Source: an uncultured bacterium
GTDB lineage: Bacteria; Vulcanimicrobiota; JAJTBE01; CAYNGH01
Assembly (NCBI GenBank): GCA_964396845.1
Contig: CAYNGH010000003.1
Coordinates: forward strand, 2,992 to 66,991
Length of the DNA: 64,000 bases
Reading direction: 5' to 3'
The position numbers were made by a program, and so were the translations under genes. This document shows, piece by piece, positions 38,164 through 47,548 of this stretch. Each line of letters opens with the position of its first letter. Within the stretch, counting starts at the first letter, position 1. The notes below the pieces were generated by a model. The model was not told the origin of the DNA. It did not search any database and saw only the letters and a program-made list of their open reading frames with translations.

Positions 38164-38389
38164 AAATCTTCTCCAACAGTTATTGACATATCTATTATAC
38201 AATAACCTGACACAGCCTTTCAACACCCGGCAAAGGGAATTACCCGGGCCGGCCAATAATTAATGTTGTTTTTTCTCCGATAGAAGGAATCTGTGAAAAT
38301 CCTCTCAAAAAGGGTCATATAAAATCTAATCCGAAGTAAACAGATTGAACGGCAATTTGCTTAATTTTGCCATACAATGGAGGCAATGA

Positions 38390-39937
38390 ATGAGTCTTGA
38401 ATCAAAACTCCTGGAGTTGAGCAAGCTTCGGGACAAGGCAAAGCTGGGAGGCGGCACTAAAAGAATCGACGCCCAGCATGCCAAGGGAAAGCTGACCGCC
38501 AGGGAGAGGATTGACCTTCTGCTGGATGCCGACAGCTTTGAAGAGTTTGACATGTTTGTCAAACACCGTTGCAGTGATTTCGGCCTGGGGGATAAAAAAA
38601 TCCCCTCCGACGGCGTAATCACAGGCTATGGAACCGTTGACAGCAGGCCGGTGTTTGTGTTTTCCCAGGACTTCACAGTGTTTGGAGGCTCCCTGTCCAA
38701 GACCTTTGCAGAAAAAATCTGCAAGGTGATGGATATGGCGGCAAAAATGGGAGCGCCCCTGATCGGCCTCAACGATTCGGGAGGTGCTCGAATCCAGGAA
38801 GGAGTTGACAGCCTGGCAGGCTATGCGGATATTTTCCTTCGAAATGTCCTCTACTCGGGAGTTGTCCCCCAGATCAGCGCCATTCTTGGCCCCTGCGCAG
38901 GAGGCGCCGTCTATTCACCGGCCATCACCGACTTTACCATTATGACCCGGGAAAACAGCTACATGTTTGTCACCGGCCCAAAGGTAGTCAAGACTGTCAC
39001 CGGCGAAGATGTTACCAACGAAGAGTTAGGCGGCCCCATGGTTCACTGCTCCCGCTCCGGTGTGTCCCATTTTCTGGCGGAAACCGAGGAAGAAGCTATC
39101 CTGCTCATCCGCAAGCTCCTTTCGTATATTCCTCAGAACAACCTTGAAGACCCCCCCACCATGACATGTGAAGACCCGGTGAACCGGGCCGATGACAATT
39201 TGAACCAGATTGTCCCCGACAACCCCAACAAACCCTATGACATGAAAGAAATCATCGAAGCGGTGGTTGATTCCAGAGAGTTTCTGGAGATTCACCGGCT
39301 GTGGGCTCCCAACATCATTGTGGGGTTTGGCCGGTTCAACGGCAAATCCGTGGGGATCGTGGCCAACCAGCCCAAGAACCTGGCCGGAGTTCTGGACAAC
39401 CAGTCATCCATCAAGGCTGCCCGGTTTGTCCGCTTCTGTGACGCCTTCAGTATCCCCGTGGTCACCTTTGTGGATGTCCCCGGGTTCATGCCGGGCACGG
39501 TCCAGGAGTATGGCGGAATCATCCGCAACGGGGCAAAGCTGTTATATGCCTATGCCGAGTGCACCATCCCCAAGATCACCGTCATCACCCGGAAGGCATA
39601 CGGAGGTGCCTATGATGTGATGTCCTCCAAGCATATCCGGGGCGATCTCAACTATGCCTGGCCTTCGGCAGAGATTGCAGTGATGGGGCCCAAGGGAGCA
39701 GTGGAGATAATCTTCCGCAACGAACTCAAGGGGGAGGATCGGGAAGAAAAGGCCTCACAATTGGAAGCAGAATATCGAAGCAAGTTTGCCAACCCCTATG
39801 TGGCTGCGGAGAGGGGCTTTGTGGATGATGTCATCGAACCCCGGCAGACCCGGTTTCGCATCATCAAGGGGCTGGAAATGCTGGCTGCCAAGAAGGACAG
39901 CAATCCCGCCAAAAAACACGGAAATATTCCCCTTTAG
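38390..39937 (+). CDS. mmdA: methylmalonyl-CoA decarboxylase alpha subunit / propionyl-CoA carboxylase beta-type carboxyltransferase
   Basis: 515 aa, full-length match in layout to the 12S carboxyltransferase family ([28 protein letters not shown]). Confidence 0.85.
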   Translation: MSLESKLLELSKLRDKAKLGGGTKRIDAQHAKGKLTARERIDLLLDADSFEEFDMFVKHRCSDFGLGDKKIPSDGVITGYGTVDSRPVFVFSQDFTVFGGSLSKTFAEKICKVMDMAAKMGAPLIGLNDSGGARIQEGVDSLAGYADIFLRNVLYSGVVPQISAILGPCAGGAVYSPAITDFTIMTRENSYMFVTGPKVVKTVTGEDVTNEELGGPMVHCSRSGVSHFLAETEEEAILLIRKLLSYIPQNNLEDPPTMTCEDPVNRADDNLNQIVPDNPNKPYDMKEIIEAVVDSREFLEIHRLWAPNIIVGFGRFNGKSVGIVANQPKNLAGVLDNQSSIKAARFVRFCDAFSIPVVTFVDVPGFMPGTVQEYGGIIRNGAKLLYAYAECTIPKITVITRKAYGGAYDVMSSKHIRGDLNYAWPSAEIAVMGPKGAVEIIFRNELKGEDREEKASQLEAEYRSKFANPYVAAERGFVDDVIEPRQTRFRIIKGLEMLAAKKDSNPAKKHGNIPL

Positions 39938-39943
39938 GGAGGC

Positions 39944-40378
39944 ATGATGGACACTCTCACAATGTTTATAAATACCGCAGGAGATCCGGCAGTCCAGACA
40001 AAAACCATCGGCGGATTGGATGCGATTTCTAAAAACCACGGCGACAAGCTGACCTTGCTGGGGATGGTGGTGGTTTTCTCAGGGCTGGTGATATTAACCC
40101 TGGTCCTGTATTCCCTCCCCGGTGTGATCAAATATATCCGCAACATCCATGAATCCATTTTTTCCCCGGAAAAAGCCCGGAAACAGACTCCCGACACAAA
40201 TGAACAACCTCATATCACCGGTGAAGAAGCCGCGGCCATCTGTACAGCAATACTGTTGTATCACCGGATGCACATGGCGGATCGACGACAGAAGCTTACA
40301 ATGCGTTCCGAGCTGAAAATGCTTTCACCCTGGGCCCTTGCGGGCAAAATTCAAAGAACCGGGCGCACCCTGAAATAA
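39944..40378 (+). CDS. OadG-like small membrane subunit of Na+-translocating decarboxylase
   Basis: 144 aa, single TM helix (LLGMVVVFSGLVILTLVLYSL), positioned between carboxyltransferase and biotin-carrier genes as in mmdADCB/oadGAB operons. Confidence 0.55.
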   Translation: MMDTLTMFINTAGDPAVQTKTIGGLDAISKNHGDKLTLLGMVVVFSGLVILTLVLYSLPGVIKYIRNIHESIFSPEKARKQTPDTNEQPHITGEEAAAICTAILLYHRMHMADRRQKLTMRSELKMLSPWALAGKIQRTGRTLK

Positions 40379-40400
40379 CGGGCCCCGCCAGGAGGATAAA

Positions 40401-40832
40401 ATGTATGAATACCAGTTTGTAATAAACGGAAACCAATATAATGTCAAGATTAATGATATTACCGAAACCCAGGCCAAGATTGATGTCAACGGCACTTTTT
40501 ACAATGTTGACATAGCACAGCTCTTTGAAGCCAAAACTCCGAAGCTGGTCCGCAAGGAAGTGGTGGAATCTTCCATCGTCCGCCAGCCCCTCACCGACAA
40601 ACCCGGCAAGGACCTGTCCCTGGGGATTGTCCGGGCGCCACTGCCGGGGGTTATCATCAAAATAATGGTCAAACCCGGCGACAAGGTAAAATCGGGACAG
40701 ACCATATTAAAAATGGAAGCCATGAAGATGGAAAACGACATATCATCGCCCCTGGACGGCGAAGTGAAGGATATATTCGTCAAGGAAGGGGAAAGCGTTC
40801 TGGAGGGCGCAGAACTGGCCAAGATAGAATAG
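40401..40832 (+). CDS. biotin carboxyl carrier subunit (biotinyl domain)
   Basis: C-terminal EAMKMEN biotinylation motif. Confidence 0.8.
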   Translation: MYEYQFVINGNQYNVKINDITETQAKIDVNGTFYNVDIAQLFEAKTPKLVRKEVVESSIVRQPLTDKPGKDLSLGIVRAPLPGVIIKIMVKPGDKVKSGQTILKMEAMKMENDISSPLDGEVKDIFVKEGESVLEGAELAKIE

Positions 40833-40844
40833 GAGATACTGCAA

Positions 40845-41981
40845 GTGGAAATCATCACAAATTTTTTAAGATCCACAGGTTTTTACCTTGCCACATACAG
40901 GCATATCATTATGATCATAATCGGGCTGATTTTCATATATCTTGCCATTGCCAAGGATTATGAACCTCTCCTGCTGGTTCCCATCGGTTTTGGAATCCTC
41001 ATCGGGAACATCCCTTTCATGGCCGGGCAGAAATTAGGAATCTATGAAGCAGGAAGCGTCATGAACTATCTCTACTTCGGGGTCCTTCAGGGAATATATC
41101 CGCCCCTGATATTTCTGGGCATCGGGGCCATGACTGATTTTTCATCCCTGATATCCAACCCGAAATTACTGCTTCTGGGAGCAGCGGCCCAGGTGGGGAT
41201 ATTCATGACTCTGGCAGGTGCTCTGTTTCTGGGCTTCTCTCCGGCAGAGGCAGCATCCATCGGCATCATCGGAGGAGCCGACGGCCCTACTGCCATATTC
41301 CTGTCTTCAAAACTTGCGGAACACCTCATCGGGCCTATTGCCATCGCAGCTTATTCATATATGGCCCTGGTCCCGGTAATACAGCCCCCCATCATGAAGC
41401 TCCTCACTTCACCCGAGGAAAGACGGATCAAGATGAAACCCCCCAGGGCCGTATCCAAGACTGAGAAGATTGTTTTCCCCATTATTGCATTCCTGGTATG
41501 CGCCTTTATTGCCCCTGCATCCATTGTCCTTCTGGGGATGCTCTTCTTCGGCAACCTCCTGAAGGAATCAGGGGTAACCGAAAGACTGGCCAACACAGCC
41601 CGGAACGCCCTGGTGGATATTGTCACCATCCTCATCGGCGTTACTGTCGGGGCCAGCACCCAGGCGGATGTGTTTTTGACCATCGATTCCATCAAGATAT
41701 TCGCCCTGGGAGCTTTGTCTTTTATCATAGCAACTGCAGGGGGGCTTATCTTTGCAAAAATCTTGAACCTCTTCCTAAAGGAAAAAATAAACCCCCTCAT
41801 CGGGGCAGCAGGGGTTTCCGCAGTGCCGGACTCTGCCCGGGTGGTGCATACCGTGGGCCTCAGGGAAGACCCCACCAACTTCCTCCTGATGCATGCCATG
41901 GGCCCCAACGTGGCTGGGGTTATCGGGTCGGCCATCGCTGCGGGAATACTCTGGTCAACCATGTCGATGCTTCTAAGATAG
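40845..41981 (+). CDS. Na+-transporting decarboxylase beta subunit (OadB/MmdB/GcdB family)
   Basis: 378 aa, ~9-10 TM helices, family-typical GIIGGADGPT segment. GTG start. Confidence 0.85.
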   Translation: MEIITNFLRSTGFYLATYRHIIMIIIGLIFIYLAIAKDYEPLLLVPIGFGILIGNIPFMAGQKLGIYEAGSVMNYLYFGVLQGIYPPLIFLGIGAMTDFSSLISNPKLLLLGAAAQVGIFMTLAGALFLGFSPAEAASIGIIGGADGPTAIFLSSKLAEHLIGPIAIAAYSYMALVPVIQPPIMKLLTSPEERRIKMKPPRAVSKTEKIVFPIIAFLVCAFIAPASIVLLGMLFFGNLLKESGVTERLANTARNALVDIVTILIGVTVGASTQADVFLTIDSIKIFALGALSFIIATAGGLIFAKILNLFLKEKINPLIGAAGVSAVPDSARVVHTVGLREDPTNFLLMHAMGPNVAGVIGSAIAAGILWSTMSMLLR

Positions 41982-41995
41982 GTGATCCGGAAATA

Positions 41996-42889
41996 TCAGC
42001 CTCTGGGCCGGTGGGTTCCTGCAGGGGCTTTGTAAAACTGGTACATCCGGGAAGAGAGATGTTCCCCCAGCACCTGATCCGACAGCTGGGACGGTTTCAT
42101 ACCGATCATCATCATAGCCAGGGTGACAATTTTTCTTTTGGTATCCGGAACCGTATCAGGAGTTGAGGTTTCCATCTCATTGACAACTTCCCGGTAAAGG
42201 TCATTTATTATTTTTTTTCTGACAGCCCGGAACATATCCCCCGCCAGGGATGGAATCCTGTTGCAGGCATCAGAATAAGACAGCCACGGGTTTTCTTCCA
42301 GCAGGTGGATAAGGTTTTCCCGGTTTTTCTCTTCCACTTTGATCTGACAGAAGACACACAGGGTCTGTCCCTTTGGCACCAGCACACCACAGGCGGGACA
42401 AGGTGATGCCCCCTGTTTTTTCATCCACCGATCATATTTATACTTTTCCCGAAGAAACCCCGCCATCAGCACCCTTGCCTTTTCATCCCGGATTTCCCCG
42501 ATGATTGCCTGGATCTTCCTTTCGTCCCCCGCGGGAAGTTTCATACTCCGGGGGTCATAGACTCCTTTTGCCTTCTTGTTTTTCTTCTCCATCAGAAGCC
42601 CCGGCCTGGGAACAAAACGGATATGCCTGATGGAGTCATCTCCCAGAAGCTCCCGGAACCTTTGGATATATTTCAGCTGAAAATGGCTGAGTTCTGTAGC
42701 CCATATGGGATCCTTCACCCCCACAAACAAGGTGTCCCCTTTTATGCGGTAAGGCCTGCTGATGGCCGCCACCTGAGGCCCGCATACCTGGCTCCAAAAC
42801 TCAAGAGCACGGTAACGATCAAAGGCCGGGGACAAATCCAGCTGAGCCTTCATGCTGGTCAGGCAGTCTTTCAGGGATACTAACTGCAA
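41996..42889 (-). CDS. DUF721 (DciA-like) protein with C-terminal Zn-ribbon
   Basis: Located directly downstream of recF (10-bp overlap), as usual for DUF721. CPACGVLVPKGQTLCVFC zinc ribbon. Confidence 0.6.
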   Translation of the reverse strand: MQLVSLKDCLTSMKAQLDLSPAFDRYRALEFWSQVCGPQVAAISRPYRIKGDTLFVGVKDPIWATELSHFQLKYIQRFRELLGDDSIRHIRFVPRPGLLMEKKNKKAKGVYDPRSMKLPAGDERKIQAIIGEIRDEKARVLMAGFLREKYKYDRWMKKQGASPCPACGVLVPKGQTLCVFCQIKVEEKNRENLIHLLEENPWLSYSDACNRIPSLAGDMFRAVRKKIINDLYREVVNEMETSTPDTVPDTKRKIVTLAMMMIGMKPSQLSDQVLGEHLSSRMYQFYKAPAGTHRPRG

Positions 42890-44001
42890 GGGGTAATCCT
42901 CCCTTCGTTTACCTGAAATATTGAAATACCATCAATCCCGTCAAAGTATCGAGGTATGCAGGTTGCGGCATATATCACCTGCCGGTTTCCTGCAAGGTGA
43001 TTGAGAAAAAGCCGAACCCTGTCCGGGTCAAATTCATTGAGGCAGTCATCCATCAGGATCACTGGTTCCCTCTGGAGTTTCCGGGATAAAACCACGGCCT
43101 CGGCAAGTTTAAGGACTGCCGCCGCGGTGCGGATCTCCCCCAGAGAGGCAAATTTCTTCAGGGGGCCGTTATAGCTGATCATTTCCAGGTCATCCCGGTG
43201 AGGCCCTGCCATGGTATGTGCCCGGCGATCCTCAAGCCTTTTCAGGGAGCCGAGAGTTTTTCGAAAACTGTCCCGGACATCCTCCTGACCGGACTTTCCC
43301 GGTTTTAATGCCGTTGAACGATAGGAAACCGCCGGGGGTTCGCCCCGGAATATCTCCCGATACAGGGATTCAAACTCCTCCCGGAGTTGTTTGATTATAT
43401 CCATTCGGCTCAACATTACCCCGGCCCCCAGGAACACCAGCCGATCCAGATAAACTTCCCCCAGCCGGGGATCCCGTTTTCCCGGAGGTATTTTCAGCCA
43501 TGCATTGCGGGCCTCTAATACTTTTTTATATTCCCGCAAATCTACAACATAAGAAGGATTTACCCGGCTGCATAAAAGATCCAGAAACCGCCGGCGCAAC
43601 TGGGGATCACCCCGGACAATGTCCAGATCGTCCACTGTGAGGAGAACCATAGGGGCAAGGCCGATAAAATCCGACAACCGGGAAACCGGGGTTTTGTTGT
43701 GCCGGATTATCTTTCGCAGGACTCCTGATGAGTGATTATCCCAAATGATTTCCAGACTGAAGGATATTTCCCCTTCGGTGAATTCCCCGGCAACCCGGGA
43801 ATACCCGGCCCCCGGCGGGAGTGCGTCTTCCTCCCGGCTTGTCCTATAGGGCCGTCCCAGTCCCAGCAGGTAGAGAGCCTCGATGCAGTTGGACTTGCCC
43901 TGGGCGTTTTTTCCCACCAACAGGTTGAACCCCGAGCCTGGCTCAAGGGTTTCCTTTTGGTAATTGCGGAAATTTTCTATGGTGAGCTTATTTACAATCA
44001 T
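42880..44001 (-). CDS. recF: DNA replication and repair protein RecF
   Basis: From MIVNKLTIENFRNYQKETLEPGSGFNLLVGKNAQGKSNCIEAL (Walker A GKNAQGKSN); C-terminal signature region present; 374 aa. Confidence 0.85.
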   Translation of the reverse strand: MIVNKLTIENFRNYQKETLEPGSGFNLLVGKNAQGKSNCIEALYLLGLGRPYRTSREEDALPPGAGYSRVAGEFTEGEISFSLEIIWDNHSSGVLRKIIRHNKTPVSRLSDFIGLAPMVLLTVDDLDIVRGDPQLRRRFLDLLCSRVNPSYVVDLREYKKVLEARNAWLKIPPGKRDPRLGEVYLDRLVFLGAGVMLSRMDIIKQLREEFESLYREIFRGEPPAVSYRSTALKPGKSGQEDVRDSFRKTLGSLKRLEDRRAHTMAGPHRDDLEMISYNGPLKKFASLGEIRTAAAVLKLAEAVVLSRKLQREPVILMDDCLNEFDPDRVRLFLNHLAGNRQVIYAATCIPRYFDGIDGISIFQVNEGRITPCS

Positions 44002-44111
44002 GGTAATATTCCGTGAAGTCCCGGAATAGCGGTTTTTGTCCTGCCCCGGATAAATCCCTTCCCTTCTCTTGAAGGTATCTGACTGCGGACTGCCAATATT
44101 CAACGGGATGA

Positions 44112-46052
44112 TTGTTATTGCAGGAGAGAAATATCCATTTGAACTATTCAAAAAAATATGACTTGATAGTGGTGGGAGCAGGTCACGCCGGAGTGGAGGC
44201 GGCTCTTGCCAGTGCCAGGATGGGTGCCAGAACTCTTTGTTGTACCATAAACATGGATACAGTGGCCCTGATGCCCTGCAATCCTTCCATCGGCGGCCCC
44301 GCCAAAGGTCAGCTCTGCCGGGAAGTGGATGCCCTGGGAGGATCCATGGGAAAGGTCATCGACGAAACCCATATACATATCAGGATGCTCAACACCGGCA
44401 AAGGGCCTGCTGTTCAGGCACTGCGGGCACAGGCGGATCGCAGGGATTATCAATACCGGTTCAAGGAGATCCTGGAAGGCACCGATAACCTGGACATGAA
44501 ACAGGAAACAGTGACGGAAATACTGGTGAAGGGGAATCAAGTCGCCGGGGTGAGGACCGCCACCGGCTGGGAATACCTGAGCCGGGCCGTTGTGGTTACC
44601 ACCGGGACATTCCTCCGGGGACTTATTCATATAGGAGGATATACCTGTCCAGGAGGCCGTTCAGGAGAACTGCCGTCAATGGAGCTTTCCCGGTGTCTTG
44701 CAGGGCTGGGCTTTGATCTGGGCCGCCTGAAGACCGGCACTGTTCCCAGGGTTGACAGCCGAACCATCGATTTTTCCAAAACCACTCCCCAGTATCCGGA
44801 TCTGCTTCCCCACCGGTTTTCCTTCGATACCATACCACAGGTGAAGCCCGACCAGGTGCCATGCCACCTGACATACACCACCACAGAAACTGTCAGGATA
44901 ATAATGGCCAACATCCACCGATCCCCTCTTCACGGGGATCACCGTACCATCGAAGGAACAGGCCCCCGATACTGTCCTTCCATCGAGGATAAACTCCTGC
45001 GGTTTCCCGGCAGAGATCGGCATCAGGTCTTTCTGGAACCCGAAGGCAGACATACCCGGGAGATTTATGTTCAGGGGCTTTCCACCAGCCTTCCCATAGA
45101 TGTTCAGGAGCTTTACATCAAAACCGTGGAGGGCATGGAAAAAGCCGAGATAATGCGTCCCGGCTACGCCATTGAATATGATTACATCCCCCCCACTCAG
45201 CTTCATCCCTGGCTGGAAACACGAAGAATAAAGGGATTGTATATGGCAGGACAGATAAACGGGACATCGGGTTACGAGGAAGCAGCTTTTCAGGGGATAA
45301 TCGCCGGAATCAACGGGGTCCTGGGTCTTGATGGGAAGGATCCCCTGATTCTCAGCCGGGATCAGGCTTACGGCGGGGTGTTGATTGACGACCTGGTGAC
45401 CCTGGGAACCCGGGAGCCTTACCGGATGTTTTCATCCCGGTGCGAATACCGCCTCACCATGCGCCAGGACAATGCCGATGAGCGGTTGACTCCTATGGGA
45501 TACCGCCTGGGGCTTATCCCCGAAGAGCGCTACCGCAGGTTCACAGAAAAGATGGATCGAATCCACCGGGAGATGGAACGGTTGGAGGGAATCCGGGTAA
45601 AGGGGAATGAAGCAGAAGAACTTTCTGAGCTGTTTGAAACCCCGGTTTCGCCGGGAGTGACATATGCGGAGCTTCTGAAACGGCCCCAGGTCAAATACCG
45701 GCAATTAAACCGCCAGGATCCATCAGCGCCGGAGATTGTTGACGGGCTTGATGTCCCCGGCGAAGGATTTATCACCAGAATTGAAGCAGAACAGGTGGAG
45801 ATTCGCATCAAATACCAGGGCTATATTGCCCGGCAACAGGAACAGATCGAAAAATTCCACCAGACAGAAGAAATCCTGATACCGCCAGATATTAACTATG
45901 AAGAGATTTCCTCCCTGCGGTGCGAGTCCCGGGAGAAACTGCAGAAGATCAAACCCCGATCCATCGGACAGGCCTCCCGCATATCAGGCATAACACCCTC
46001 GGATGTATCCATCATTCTGATGTTTCTGAAAAAAACAAGGGTATTGTTATAA
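44112..46052 (+). CDS. mnmG: tRNA uridine-5-carboxymethylaminomethyl modification enzyme MnmG (GidA)
   Basis: YDLIVVGAGHAGVEAALASARMGARTLCCTINMDTVALMPCNPSIGGPAKGQLCREVDALGG is near-invariant GidA N-terminal sequence; 646 aa. Confidence 0.9.
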   Translation: MLLQERNIHLNYSKKYDLIVVGAGHAGVEAALASARMGARTLCCTINMDTVALMPCNPSIGGPAKGQLCREVDALGGSMGKVIDETHIHIRMLNTGKGPAVQALRAQADRRDYQYRFKEILEGTDNLDMKQETVTEILVKGNQVAGVRTATGWEYLSRAVVVTTGTFLRGLIHIGGYTCPGGRSGELPSMELSRCLAGLGFDLGRLKTGTVPRVDSRTIDFSKTTPQYPDLLPHRFSFDTIPQVKPDQVPCHLTYTTTETVRIIMANIHRSPLHGDHRTIEGTGPRYCPSIEDKLLRFPGRDRHQVFLEPEGRHTREIYVQGLSTSLPIDVQELYIKTVEGMEKAEIMRPGYAIEYDYIPPTQLHPWLETRRIKGLYMAGQINGTSGYEEAAFQGIIAGINGVLGLDGKDPLILSRDQAYGGVLIDDLVTLGTREPYRMFSSRCEYRLTMRQDNADERLTPMGYRLGLIPEERYRRFTEKMDRIHREMERLEGIRVKGNEAEELSELFETPVSPGVTYAELLKRPQVKYRQLNRQDPSAPEIVDGLDVPGEGFITRIEAEQVEIRIKYQGYIARQQEQIEKFHQTEEILIPPDINYEEISSLRCESREKLQKIKPRSIGQASRISGITPSDVSIILMFLKKTRVLL

Positions 46053-46079
46053 CAGCTGATGCCGGAGATTTAACAGGCG

Positions 46080-46850
46080 TTACCGGGTAAGGCTTCCCGG
46101 CACCGGCTCATATTTATCCACCGATACGATCTCCCGGCGGGCTGTTCTGCCGCCACCGGAAAAAACCCGGCTCACCCTGACCTTGTATCCATCTGTCCCC
46201 CTGGAGGAAATCCCCATGGGATCTCCATCATCGGCAGGAACATCGGGATACCGTGGAGCTGGATAGACTTTAAGGGTTTCCACCTCCACGGATATTTTTT
46301 CTTCCAATTCCCTGGGGGATATGAACCGGACAAACAGACGCCGGTTCTGAATTTCACAAACAATTTTCACTGGAAGATCGTGAGGATTCTTAAATTTCAG
46401 ATCGATTTCGCCGGTCTTTTCCAGATATATGGCCGCATCCAACCCCGGCCCCACCGAATCTATCTTCCAGAGATGAGGAGTCCTTTCGATGATATCCATG
46501 CCCGAAAGAAGAGCAGCATTGTAAAGGGTGGATGACAGCTGGCAAAGCCCCCCGCCGGGAGTGTCCACCATTCTCCCCATGAATATGGTGGGAGCACCGC
46601 GGTAACCCCAGCTCCTGAGCCTTTCCCCGACAATCTCATTGAAGGAGAAGACCTCTCCCGGCTTCAGGATAGTGCCGTCAATCTTTGCCGTGGCAATGTA
46701 AAGGTTGTCAATCTGGGATTGAGCCCTGCCCTCCAGGGAAGTGGTAAAGCCGGCAATTTCAAACTCCCGGGTCATATTGACAGTGGCCCACAGAAACAGC
46801 CCCAGAAGAACCAGGACCACAATGAACAGGGCAATCCGCCTGCCGGTCAT
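46080..46850 (-). CDS. VanW-family protein
   Basis: N-terminal TM anchor, GGGLCQLSSTLYNAALLSG motif typical of VanW. Confidence 0.75.
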   Translation of the reverse strand: MTGRRIALFIVVLVLLGLFLWATVNMTREFEIAGFTTSLEGRAQSQIDNLYIATAKIDGTILKPGEVFSFNEIVGERLRSWGYRGAPTIFMGRMVDTPGGGLCQLSSTLYNAALLSGMDIIERTPHLWKIDSVGPGLDAAIYLEKTGEIDLKFKNPHDLPVKIVCEIQNRRLFVRFISPRELEEKISVEVETLKVYPAPRYPDVPADDGDPMGISSRGTDGYKVRVSRVFSGGGRTARREIVSVDKYEPVPGSLTR

Positions 46851-46891
46851 AAAAATCGGCTTCCCTTCAATGATACTGTCGGCGGGCCTGG

Positions 46892-47374
46892 TCAGGCAGG
46901 ATAAAGCTCCCTGATAACCTCCAGATCCCGCAGGGCGTCTTCATGCCTGGGATCCAGCTCCACAGCCCGTTCCATGAACTCCCTGGCTGTCTTGAACTGT
47001 TCCATCTCTGCATATATATAGCCCATAAGGTAGTAAATCTCCGGGTTTTTGCTGTCATACTGCATGGCATATCGAAGCTGTTCCAGGGCTTTGTCCTGCT
47101 CGCCGGTTTCGTCATACAGGTTGCCCATCATTATCCAGGCCCGGATGTTTTGAGGATCATATATCAAGGCATTCCTGCAACATTCCAGTGCCTGATCATA
47201 CTTTTCCACATTGGTGTTGATTTCTGCCAGATCCAGAAGAGCCTCGCTGTTGCGGGGGTTCAATTTGACCGCTTCGTTGAGTTCCTCAAGGGCTCCCTTC
47301 AGATCGCCCTTCTCCGCCAACTCCCTACCCCGTTCGAGGTGGATTGAAGAAGCCTTGAGATCAAGATCAGCCAT
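46892..47374 (-). CDS. TPR-repeat protein
   Basis: Four or more 34-aa TPR units (ALECCRNALIYDPQNIRAWIMMGNLYDETGEQDKALEQLRYAMQYDSKNPEIYYLMGYIYAEMEQF...). Confidence 0.6.
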   Translation of the reverse strand: MADLDLKASSIHLERGRELAEKGDLKGALEELNEAVKLNPRNSEALLDLAEINTNVEKYDQALECCRNALIYDPQNIRAWIMMGNLYDETGEQDKALEQLRYAMQYDSKNPEIYYLMGYIYAEMEQFKTAREFMERAVELDPRHEDALRDLEVIRELYPA

Positions 47375-47548
47375 TTTATCCTCCTGCCCTTTCGGGAAAA
47401 TTAATATCTCATATAATGCCCGCCACAAGACAACGAACCGACAGGATTATATTCTTCTACCCCCTGTGGGTCTATCCTGCCTGATTAACCCAGGGCATAA
47501 CTGGTTTTAAAAACTGGTTATAAATTCCATTATCACCTGATGGACTCT

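Noticed and set aside
44002-44111. oriC / DnaA-box cluster in the recF-mnmG divergent spacer
   Set aside because: The spacer is only ~110 bp, has no convincing TTATCCACA repeats or AT-rich unwinding element, and dnaA/dnaN are not adjacent.
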